DNA from: an uncultured virus (IMG/VR IMGVR_UViG_3300000478_000004)
Taxonomy: Duplodnaviria; Heunggongvirae; Uroviricota; Caudoviricetes
Virus record (IMG/VR): IMGVR_UViG_3300000478_000004
DNA length: 20,000 nt
Reading direction: 5' to 3' (one strand)
The notes below the pieces were generated by a model. The model was not told the origin of the DNA. It worked only from the letters and a program-made list of their open reading frames with translations, and did not search any database. Every line of letters begins with the position of its first letter. Position 1 is the stretch's first letter. Below are positions 9,053 through 16,361 of the stretch, in pieces. Both the position numbers and the translations under genes were made by a program.

Positions 9053-9746
9053 ATGACAGACCCGTACTCACATTACCGTACTCATTGATGAGTCCGGCTC
9101 AATGGGTTCTCTCACCGACGACACTATCGGAGGGTTCAACTCATTTGTAGAGGAACAGAAGCTTGTGGAGGGTAAGGCTACACTTTCTCTCTACACCTTT
9201 TCCACACAGAGGAAGACACTTTTTGACCTGGCACCCATCGGGTCTGTCACACCCTTAGACCGTACGTCTTACCTCCCAAGTGGTGGTACTGCCCTTTTGG
9301 ATTCTATGGGAACTTCCATAGTTGATTTGGGTGTCTCTCTGGCTGCTCTGCCCGAGGAAGAGAGACCCGGAAAAGTTCTGTTCATCGTAATCACTGACGG
9401 TCAGGAGAACTGCTCCCGCGACTACAAGCAGGCCGACATAAAGAAGTTGGTGGAGCAGCAAGAGAATGACTACAAGTGGAACTTCATTTACCTGGGTGCG
9501 AACGTGGACTCCTTCGCAGAGAGTGCTACGGTAGGAATCAGGGGCGCCAACACTCTTAACTACGACGCCTCCTCTAAGGGTGTGAAGGACGCATACACAG
9601 TATTGTCTTGTAGTATTGGTGCCTCCAGAATTCATTCAGAGGCGGGGTCTTCAGTTGAGCTTTATGGTCTTTCCACAAACGTGGACGAAGCGAGCAAGGT
9701 AAATTACGCCGATCTTCTGAAGAAGCCTAACTCTGGTCAGGTCTGA
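9053..9746 (+). CDS. von Willebrand factor A domain protein with an apparent frameshift in its first codons
   Basis: GGTALLD, VITDGQEN and FIYLGAN are vWA motifs. The MIDAS motif THITVLIDESGSM lies in frame upstream of ATG 9102 but is bounded by TGA 9054. The SD-preceded ATG 9053 is in another frame. Confidence 0.8.
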
Positions 9747-9765
9747 AGGTCATCGGCTGGTAGTG

Positions 9766-9800
9766 AAAGAAGGGCCACTGAAGGGTGGCTCTTCTTTTTT
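9766..9800 (+). terminator. Intrinsic terminator
   Basis: AAAGAAGGGCCAC-TGAAGG-GTGGCTCTTCTTTTTT. Confidence 0.85.
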
Positions 9801-9808
9801 AACGGCAG

Positions 9809-9827
9809 CGAACCCTGTGCATACTAC
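9809..9827 (+). promoter_or_regulatory. Promoter-like motif, copy 2
   Basis: CGAACCCTGtgCATACTAC, 8 nt after the terminator and ~45 nt before ATG 9871. Confidence 0.65.
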
Positions 9828-9870
9828 TGGTCCTAGATGATGCTTCATTCTCCTTAGTAACGAGGCCGGA

Positions 9871-10998
9871 ATGGGAAAACGTTCTTGGATAGTAGAGAAT
9901 AAATGGAAATGTTACTCCTGTTCTTCTCCTAATAGGGGAAGGGACATGAAGTGTTCTGTTTGCGGGTCTCCCAAGGAAAAGGTTGAGACCTACGAGCTTG
10001 GAGATGTGTCAGCCCCTGTCAAAGACACCCAAAAGTTGACCCAGGCAAACGCAGGCCCTAATTGGTCGTGCGACTTCTGCTTCAACGATAACAGGGCTGA
10101 CTTGTCTACTTGTGGTGTATGTGGCGCACCTAGGGCCTCTGCTTCGGAATTTTCTAGCACACCACATAGGGCATCTACGATAGTCCCTCCTCCAAGGGAG
10201 TCTAGGCGTCCTTCTCGTACTACATTTCCAGATACTCCTCGTGCCAAGTTAGCAGGTTCTGACCGTCTCCTTCTTTCCAAGAAGGAGGGCTGGAGAAGAT
10301 ACGCAGGTCCCGTAGCACTTTCTGCTATAGTTGTTTTCGTTTTTTCTTCCTTGTTGTTCTTCTTTTCTAAGCGGGAAATTACTGTCCGCGTAAAGTCTAC
10401 CTCTTGGACCTACGTGCGAGTATTGGAGCAGAGAAACGTAAGAAGCGGGTCCGGATGGGGACATCCATCTGACTCTTTTAACGTCTCCTGCTCCAGGAGA
10501 CAGCGAGGAACAGAAGACTGTAACCCAAGAGATTGCAGACCTCATTCTGTGTCTTACGACTGTCGCCCACATGACTGTGCTTGTCATGTCCATTGTGTGG
10601 ATTTGAATAATGGTTATTCTCGTTGCGAAGAGTCCTGCAGCACCTGTTATGACACGTGCACACGCACAGAGTACGACACCTGCTACGACCAGTGTCCAGT
10701 GTACGACGACTGGTGTACTTATAACTACCATACGTGGGATAAGATTGATGAAGAAACTACGAGTGGTAGCACCGACCCTTATTGGGGATCTAGACTCTCT
10801 GCCGACCACGCTATTCCACAGAGGATAATGTCCACGGAGAGCTATGGCGTCGTGTTTTCTGACGATGGTGATGAATGGTCCTACAGTCCTGAAAACCTTA
10901 GAGAATTTTCTTCTTTTTCAAAAGACGATATGTGGAGAGTAGACGTAAACTATGCTGGAATGGTCTGGCCTAGGCGTCGAATCTCCACTAACCTATAA
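9871..10998 (+). CDS. Membrane protein: two RanBP2-like zinc fingers, one TM helix and a Cys-rich C-terminal domain
   Basis: WKCYSC..N...CSVCG and WSCDFC..N...CGVCG. Hydrophobic segment VALSAIVVFVFSSLLFFF. Dense Cys cluster downstream. Confidence 0.85.
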   Translation: MGKRSWIVENKWKCYSCSSPNRGRDMKCSVCGSPKEKVETYELGDVSAPVKDTQKLTQANAGPNWSCDFCFNDNRADLSTCGVCGAPRASASEFSSTPHRASTIVPPPRESRRPSRTTFPDTPRAKLAGSDRLLLSKKEGWRRYAGPVALSAIVVFVFSSLLFFFSKREITVRVKSTSWTYVRVLEQRNVRSGSGWGHPSDSFNVSCSRRQRGTEDCNPRDCRPHSVSYDCRPHDCACHVHCVDLNNGYSRCEESCSTCYDTCTRTEYDTCYDQCPVYDDWCTYNYHTWDKIDEETTSGSTDPYWGSRLSADHAIPQRIMSTESYGVVFSDDGDEWSYSPENLREFSSFSKDDMWRVDVNYAGMVWPRRRISTNL

Positions 10999-11008
10999 AG
11001 GTAAACGC

Positions 11009-11923
11009 ATGACTCAACTGTCTTCTTTGGCTAATTTGGTGTCTCCTCTTACCGATTCCCTTCCTGAGACCTTGGCTCTTGTGCTGAAGAGCGCCAAGGA
11101 TACCAGGGACCTGGCTGGAAGAATCGAGTATACGGTAGATATCACCAAGGATATGGCTACGTTGCTCCTTTCCAATAGGGATGCCTGTCAAAGAAAGGTT
11201 TCCAAGGCCAGAGTTAGTGAGATTCGTGCGGACATCGAATCGGGAAACTGGTTGAACACTGGGGACCCTATCCGTCTTTCTCCTACTGGTACTCTAGTGG
11301 ACGGACAGCATCGTTTGTCTGCGTACTCCACCTCCAACACCCCTCCGTCTTTCATCTTGTCTGACATTACGGTGGTTGTTTTCAAGGATGCCGCTGCACT
11401 TGATGTCGTGGATACGAATACGTCTCGTTCTATCGGCGACCTTCGAAAGATGACCCGGCGTAGAGAGGTTCCTTCCAAGGTGATCTCTGGGATCGGGTTT
11501 GAGGCACGAAAGTTCGATCAGAAGGACGCCATGTCCAAGATGAAGCGGAACGAGGTGGTGGACAACCACCCATTCTTGGAAGAGCTGCTCGCTCTTCACA
11601 GCCTTCCGCGCGGTCTCAACCTGTCCTCGACTCCCGTCCTGGCTGCAGCCATTAACTGCATGCGTGTTACCGGTGCCAAGGATGATGCTATTGCCTTTTT
11701 CTCTGCTGTGGTTCAGAACAAACACACCATCAATGGAGTTACTGTCCCCCAGCTTGAGCTACTTACGAATTGGCTTCTGACCAACCCCCATAACGGGGGA
11801 GGTCACGCTATCCGTAGGGAGACTGCTGCACGCTGTATTCTGGCCTGGAACGCGTACAGACAGGGAAGGAACATCAAGCACATTCGGTACAGTAAGATGT
11901 CCGACTTCCCCACTCCTCTCTGA
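11009..11923 (+). CDS. ParB/Srx-like N-terminal domain protein
   Basis: QRKVS...W...GDPIRL...LVDGQHRL motif. AAAGG SD favours ATG 11009. Confidence 0.8.
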   Translation: MTQLSSLANLVSPLTDSLPETLALVLKSAKDTRDLAGRIEYTVDITKDMATLLLSNRDACQRKVSKARVSEIRADIESGNWLNTGDPIRLSPTGTLVDGQHRLSAYSTSNTPPSFILSDITVVVFKDAAALDVVDTNTSRSIGDLRKMTRRREVPSKVISGIGFEARKFDQKDAMSKMKRNEVVDNHPFLEELLALHSLPRGLNLSSTPVLAAAINCMRVTGAKDDAIAFFSAVVQNKHTINGVTVPQLELLTNWLLTNPHNGGGHAIRRETAARCILAWNAYRQGRNIKHIRYSKMSDFPTPL

Positions 11924-11927
11924 CCCT

Positions 11928-11980
11928 CGCAGGGCAGAAGGAAGGGTCGAGTCTAATCCTTCCTGCTGCCCTGTTATTCT
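11928..11980 (+). terminator. Long hairpin after the ParB-like gene, probable terminator or processing stem
   Basis: GCAGGGCAG-A-AGGAAGG...CCTTCCT-G-CTGCCCTGT followed by TATTCT. Confidence 0.55.
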
Positions 11981-12011
11981 ATCTACGTCCCGCCTCATTT
12001 CACATCAGGAG

Positions 12012-12320
12012 GTGTACGTGGGTAGAACTAAAGAAGACAAGAAGAGACACATACATTATAAGCAGCAGAAATTATGGGACTTCCTCTCCAAACAAGAATG
12101 TGAGCATTGCGGAGAGAATGACCCACTTGTCCTTGAGTTCGACCACCTACACAACAAGAGAATAGACGTATCTAAATTGTTACGTTCTAGTTGTAGTTGG
12201 GAATTTGTGCGATTGGAGATTGACAAATGTCAGGTACTATGCTCTAATTGCCACAAGAGAAAGACACACCAGGAAGCAAATTCTTACCGCTATCGGTTCC
12301 TCCTGGCAAAAACCGGATGA
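12012..12320 (+). CDS. Small HNH endonuclease
   Basis: CEHCG...LEFDHL...KCQVLCSNCH. AGGAGG at the start. Confidence 0.85.
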   Translation: MYVGRTKEDKKRHIHYKQQKLWDFLSKQECEHCGENDPLVLEFDHLHNKRIDVSKLLRSSCSWEFVRLEIDKCQVLCSNCHKRKTHQEANSYRYRFLLAKTG

Positions 12321-12350
12321 CTAAAAAACCTAAACGTTGAGACCTGTAAT

Positions 12351-12515
12351 ATGAGAGACAAACCCTATATGGAGGCGTTGTTCTCTTACGTTATTCTCTT
12401 CATTTTTGGTTTTGTATCTGGTGCATTATTCTTGGTGGTTCTGGACCAAAATAACATACCGTGGTGGGAGATCACAGATGTTATGCGTTTTCGCGCCTCC
12501 TTTCTAGGACCATAA
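12351..12515 (+). CDS. Small putative membrane protein (54 aa, not in the ORF track)
   Basis: MRDKPYMEALFSYVILFIFGFVSGALFLVVLDQNNIPWW... has one hydrophobic helix. Its stop overlaps the first 10 nt of tRNA-Lys. Confidence 0.45.
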   Translation: MRDKPYMEALFSYVILFIFGFVSGALFLVVLDQNNIPWWEITDVMRFRASFLGP

Positions 12516-12578
12516 CTCAGTTGGCAGAGTAGCGGACTTTTAATCCGACAGTCGTGGGTTCGAGCCCCACTGGTCCTA
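12506..12578 (+). tRNA. tRNA-Lys(TTT), CCA not encoded
   Basis: AGGACCA/TGGTCCT acceptor, CGGA-CT TTT AA-TCCG, GTGGG-TTCGAGC-CCCAC. Confidence 0.93.
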
Positions 12579-12620
12579 CCTTTATAACCTACCGAAATAA
12601 TTACACTTTATACTTTAGGC

Positions 12621-12650
12621 TTGCGAAAAGATACTTACTCATGCTACCTT
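12621..12650 (+). promoter_or_regulatory. Possible sigma70 promoter with extended -10
   Basis: TTGCGA, 18-nt spacer ending TGc, then TACCTT. Confidence 0.45.
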
Positions 12651-12673
12651 ATATAGCTTGATAGGAGGTGTCT

Positions 12674-13141
12674 ATGCGCAAACCAAGAGAACCAGTTTGT
12701 AGGTCTACCAACCTCCTTAAGAGATTTGACAAGGTAAACCTTGAGTTTTTTGGTGGCTTGGTCTGTGGCGGCATAGGCTGGAGACGATTCCCCATAAGCA
12801 GCGACAAAATAGTCACCCAGGCCTGCTGTGTCTTCGAAGAAAGGCTCATAAAGGTGAACTACCTCATGGACGATACTCGTATACCACTTTGGTATCTAGA
12901 CTTCGTCATTTATCATGAGATGCTACATCTTCAGCACGGACCTCAACAATTTTCTCCTGATGGCTACGGACATCCTCACAGTCTTCGCTTCCAATGTATG
13001 GAAGCCTCTCATCCTGATTACCAAAGAGCTGTGGAATTCGAGGATAAAGTACTTCCACGAATCATAAATAGTTGGGTATCATGGAAAGACTGGACTCGTC
13101 AAAAGAGTAGTACCCTAAGGTCTGCTGCCAAGAAGAAATAG
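12674..13141 (+). CDS. HExxH zinc metallopeptidase-like protein (SprT/YgjP-like)
   Basis: FVIYHEMLHL...HSLRF motif. GGAGG SD before ATG 12674. Confidence 0.8.
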   Translation: MRKPREPVCRSTNLLKRFDKVNLEFFGGLVCGGIGWRRFPISSDKIVTQACCVFEERLIKVNYLMDDTRIPLWYLDFVIYHEMLHLQHGPQQFSPDGYGHPHSLRFQCMEASHPDYQRAVEFEDKVLPRIINSWVSWKDWTRQKSSTLRSAAKKK

Positions 13142-13164
13142 ATTTTCCTGCTATCTATCGTCTG

Positions 13165-14121
13165 ATGACAGATCCTAGAAAGCACATTTACGACCGTGTG
13201 GAGAAGCTTGTAACTAAGGTACTAGCCAAGTGGCCTAACGATACCAAAAAGTTGCGCTTCATTGCCGATTCGGCCACGAAAGCCAGTGACGGTCTTCCTC
13301 AAAGAATATTTCCTCCTGTAGACCTTCCTTTTTCTGAGGGAGGGTTCACTGAAGAAGGATTGATGGCAATATCGGATCTTATTGAGGAACACATAGGCGG
13401 TAAGAATAAGACTGCTAAGCACGATCCTTCCCGTAACGGGTATCAAAAGAAGTATCAGAAGAAGAGGTACCACGATCGTAAGAAGGAAGCCATTGATATT
13501 CTTGGGGGAAAGTGCTCCATATGTGGGTCCACATCAAACCTAGAATTTGACCACAAGAAGCCTGGGAATAAGTCCTTCACGCTAACCAAGCTGTGGTCTG
13601 TCCCCGAGGATGAGTTCAAGAAAGAACTTAAGAAGTGCCGTTTACTCTGCCGTAAACACCATCTGGAAAATACAGGCAAGCAGAGAGAAAACGGCACGGT
13701 TAAATCCAAGCCAGGCAAGAGCCAATACGGCAAAGACAATAAGAAGAAAGCTCAGTTTTTGAGTCTGAGACTCCTAAAATTGTCCAGAGAGGTTTCTTTT
13801 GACGAAGCCTCCAAAAAAGCTGCTGAAATAGCGTCTACTGTCGCCTCTTCCTTTGAGGAAGTAAGAGGATTAGTGGCCTCTGCCTTCCGTAAATCGGATA
13901 GAATGGACAAGCCCGTCATCACTTGGAACGTATTTCCTAAGGAATCCGGTCACCAAATGGTATTTTCTATCTATGGACGGGAAAGAGACTCTGACACTGT
14001 CAAGAAGATTGTTTCCTCCGTACAGGAAAAACTAGGTCAATTAGGTGCTATATTGGAATATGAGGATGACCTTAGTGAGCCTGGTCTTCTCGTAAAGGTT
14101 GTTTCAGGAGTTTATCAGTGA
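13165..14121 (+). CDS. Protein with a central HNH endonuclease domain and unknown flanking regions
   Basis: LGGKCSICGSTSNLEFDH...KCRLLCRKHH. Confidence 0.85.
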   Translation: MTDPRKHIYDRVEKLVTKVLAKWPNDTKKLRFIADSATKASDGLPQRIFPPVDLPFSEGGFTEEGLMAISDLIEEHIGGKNKTAKHDPSRNGYQKKYQKKRYHDRKKEAIDILGGKCSICGSTSNLEFDHKKPGNKSFTLTKLWSVPEDEFKKELKKCRLLCRKHHLENTGKQRENGTVKSKPGKSQYGKDNKKKAQFLSLRLLKLSREVSFDEASKKAAEIASTVASSFEEVRGLVASAFRKSDRMDKPVITWNVFPKESGHQMVFSIYGRERDSDTVKKIVSSVQEKLGQLGAILEYEDDLSEPGLLVKVVSGVYQ

Positions 14122-14498
14122 CTACATCTTCCTTGCACAAGAAGGCCCTTTCTAAGGTACGCATAGCTAAAGCTCTGATCAGATTCTCTAGGAGTCAAAA
14201 GAAGTTAGCTGGTATTACACAATCTCTAACGGGTCTAGGTAAGAGCCCTGTGGACCTTATCAAGTTTATGTCTGGAGTTGGAGACCTTCCTGCCGGAGAT
14301 GACCAAATAGCTGACTCTGTAAAGGATGATGACGAGGATGAGGAAGCCTACTCTCTCACCGACGCCGTCCCGACCGCGATGGCCGATCTTCCCACCGGAG
14401 ATGACCAAACAGCTGAACTTGAGGACGACTCTGTAAAAGATGATGACGAGGATGAGGAAGCGGGTCTTGCCACTTCTCTCATCGACATGATGTCCTGA
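14118..14498 (+). CDS. Protein with a basic N-terminus and an acidic C-terminus containing an internal duplication
   Basis: GTGA coupling. DLPxGDDQxA..DSVKDDDEDEEA occurs twice. Confidence 0.7.
   Translation: MTTSSLHKKALSKVRIAKALIRFSRSQKKLAGITQSLTGLGKSPVDLIKFMSGVGDLPAGDDQIADSVKDDDEDEEAYSLTDAVPTAMADLPTGDDQTAELEDDSVKDDDEDEEAGLATSLIDMMS
14283..14461 (+). repeat. Imperfect direct repeat within the CDS (14283-14347 and 14385-14461)
   Basis: gaccttcctgccggagatgaccaaatagctgactctgtaaaggatgatgacgaggatgaggaagc versus a second copy carrying a 12-nt insertion. Confidence 0.85.
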
Positions 14499-14526
14499 CA
14501 GAGTGCATCTTACAAAAGGGTACGAG

Positions 14527-14715
14527 ATGATGACGCAGCGCGAACTGATTATGGGTGAGCGTGTTCGAACCCCCGAAGAGGATGGTATCGTAGAGTACGA
14601 AGGAGGAGGCACGGTGGTCGTTGCTCTCTTTTGTGGCCATACCTGGGTATTTGACCGCAGCGAAGTCAGTACACGAGACGAGCTTCTTCCAGACGAACGC
14701 TGGCCGGAGACTTGA
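14527..14715 (+). CDS. Small hypothetical protein (beta-rich, possibly SH3-like)
   Basis: GERVRTPEEDGIVEY...VVVAL pattern. Start uncertain (14503, 14527 or 14530). Confidence 0.6.
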   Translation: MMTQRELIMGERVRTPEEDGIVEYEGGGTVVVALFCGHTWVFDRSEVSTRDELLPDERWPET

Positions 14716-14749
14716 CACTCTACAGCGCGAGTGCTAGACACTGCTCTCT

Positions 14750-14826
14750 GTGTCTGTACCTCAACTGGATAGAGGGCTGGTCTACGAAACCAGACGCTGT
14801 AGGTTCAAGTCCTACCAGACACGCCA
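14750..14826 (+). tRNA. tRNA-Arg(ACG), CCA encoded
   Basis: GTGTCTG/CAGACAC acceptor, CTGGT-CT ACG AA-ACCAG, GTAGG-TTCAAGT-CCTAC. TTGACA at 14712 upstream. Confidence 0.95.
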
Positions 14827-14843
14827 CTTAGAAGGAGACACTC

Positions 14844-15050
14844 ATGGTTCTCATTGTCACTGTAGACCCGGCTGCCGACCTAGACTCCGTGAAGGTGCAG
14901 CTTAGAGAGCACAACATCAGTGTCATTTACACACTAGAGACTCTTAGTCTACTCTCTGTAGAAGCAACAAGCACAGAGATAGAGATCATATCGTCCATAC
15001 CTGGTGTTATAAGCGTGGACGCAGACGTTCCACACAACACTTGTTGTTGA
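14844..15050 (+). CDS. Small protein resembling a stand-alone subtilase propeptide (I9 inhibitor-like fold)
   Basis: AAGGAG SD. Beta-alpha-beta-beta-alpha-beta pattern ending ISSIPGVISVDAD. Confidence 0.6.
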   Translation: MVLIVTVDPAADLDSVKVQLREHNISVIYTLETLSLLSVEATSTEIEIISSIPGVISVDADVPHNTCC

Positions 15051-15118
15051 CGACCCCTAACTGACGACTTATGGGTAGCCATCAGGCTCTCCTCAACTTC
15101 TAACTGAAAGTCTAAAAC

Positions 15119-15853
15119 ATGAAACTCAATCAAGTACTCGCCATCGAGAAGGGCATCAAGACCAGCTCGCAACGTAGCCTCACCGACCTGCATAAGAAGG
15201 CCCAGACTCAGGGTCTTTATGACGGCCGAGAGCGCACGTATCAGCCCACCACTGAAGACGGAGAGAAGTTCCCTTCGGAGAGCCAGAAGGTCCAACTTCG
15301 TGCAAAGTCCGTCCTGAAGGATGTACAGGCGTCGCTTGGCGACCTCTTTAACATCACCTTTACCAAGGACTCGGCCAACACTTCTGCTGTTGCTGATGTT
15401 GTGGTAGAGGGTAAGACCTTGCTCACCAAGGTCCCTGTCACCTACCTTCTCTTCTTGGAGAAGCAGTTGGCCGACATTCACACCTTCGTGTCCAAGATGC
15501 CGATTCTCGACCCGTCAGAGAGCTGGCAGTGGGACGAGGGACAAAGCGCCTTCCGGTCTGCCGCAGTGGAAACTGCGAAGACCAAGAAGACGATCAAGCC
15601 CGTCATCCTTCACCCTGCAACCAAGGAGCACCCTGCTCAGGTTAAGGAAGTGTCGGAAGATGTGGTGGTCGGATACTGGCGTCAGACGCGCTTCTCTGGT
15701 GCACTTACACAGGAGAAGAAGGACGAGGTTCTTGACCGCATCCACAAGCTTCAACAGGCAGTCAAGTTTGCCCGAGAGGAGGCCAATTCCGTGCCTGTTA
15801 CCAAGCAGGAGGTAGCGGACTCTCTTTTCGGCTACCTTTTTGCCAACGTGTGA
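15119..15853 (+). CDS. Helical protein of unknown function (KLNQxxAxEKG N-terminus) directly upstream of the tRNA-mimic RNA
   Basis: 244-aa ORF rich in C-ending codons. Motifs RTYQP..EDGE..PSE..KVQ, VPVTYLLFLEKQL and AVKFAREEAN recall, from memory only, an uncharacterised bacterial/phage family. Confidence 0.88.
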   Translation: MKLNQVLAIEKGIKTSSQRSLTDLHKKAQTQGLYDGRERTYQPTTEDGEKFPSESQKVQLRAKSVLKDVQASLGDLFNITFTKDSANTSAVADVVVEGKTLLTKVPVTYLLFLEKQLADIHTFVSKMPILDPSESWQWDEGQSAFRSAAVETAKTKKTIKPVILHPATKEHPAQVKEVSEDVVVGYWRQTRFSGALTQEKKDEVLDRIHKLQQAVKFAREEANSVPVTKQEVADSLFGYLFANV

Positions 15854-15869
15854 CCACTTCCTAGTGGTC

Positions 15870-15888
15870 CGAACCCTGTACATACTAT
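15870..15888 (+). promoter_or_regulatory. Promoter-like motif, copy 3
   Basis: CGAACCCTGtaCATACTAT after the hairpin GACCACT-TCCT-AGTGGTC at the upstream gene's stop. Confidence 0.65.
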
Positions 15889-15894
15889 AGGGCA

Positions 15895-16343
15895 CACCAA
15901 GACTCTGCCCAGACCATGGGTCTGGGTTGGGAAAACGAGAACAAATTCAAGTTCTTCTTGAATATGGGTACGATCGAGGTGGAGGTTCGAATCCTTCCCT
16001 CCCCGCCACTTTATGGGGAGGTAGCCCAATCGGCAGAGGCTAGTACCCCTCAATTTCCCTGTCAGTCTATTCTCTAACCTTGGAGACCCAACTCGATCGT
16101 CATCTCTACCTCTCGTGTACACTTGCCTAAGATAGTGGTTCAACTCCACTCCCCTTCGCTCAGCAACTAAGACCTTTACTTGGTGATTGAGCGAAGGGGT
16201 GGTCTAACGGAATGACGTAGGCACTCAGACCTAAAGCACGAGATTAAATGCCGTTGACGTGAAAAAATGAGAAGGGTACCTACTACGTAGGAACAGACAC
16301 TGGGCGGGATCGGCTAGGCTAGGCCGGTCTCGCCTGCTTTTTT
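15895..16343 (+). ncRNA. ~450-nt structured RNA with two circularly permuted tRNA-like domains lacking anticodon loops
   Basis: Domain 1 (15966-16048) and domain 2 (16124-16223) each read T arm, acceptor 3' strand, loop, acceptor 5' strand, D arm, closed by an anticodon-stem equivalent. Bounded by the promoter-like motif and a terminator. The 5' end is estimated. Confidence 0.8.
16302..16343 (+). terminator. Intrinsic terminator closing the ncRNA
   Basis: GGGCGGGATCGGCT...GGCCGGTCTCGCCT followed by GCTTTTTT. Confidence 0.8.
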
Positions 16344-16361
16344 AAGCAGGAGCATTTTCTG

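Noticed and set aside
15036..15050. Two small ORFs after tRNAs both end in NTCC (here and at 19877-19891)
   Set aside because: Only two short matches and the second ORF is doubtful, so it cannot be distinguished from coincidence.
15832..16149. Minus-strand 105-aa ORF
   Set aside because: It is antisense to the structured RNA, and its sequence (GGKDSNL) is the typical translation of an antisense T arm.
15966..16223. Calling the tRNA-like pieces ordinary or intron-containing tRNA genes
   Set aside because: The 5' half at 16015 (GGGGAGG) pairs perfectly with the upstream CCTCCCC rather than with the downstream CCCCTTC, and no anticodon loop exists. The order is permuted.
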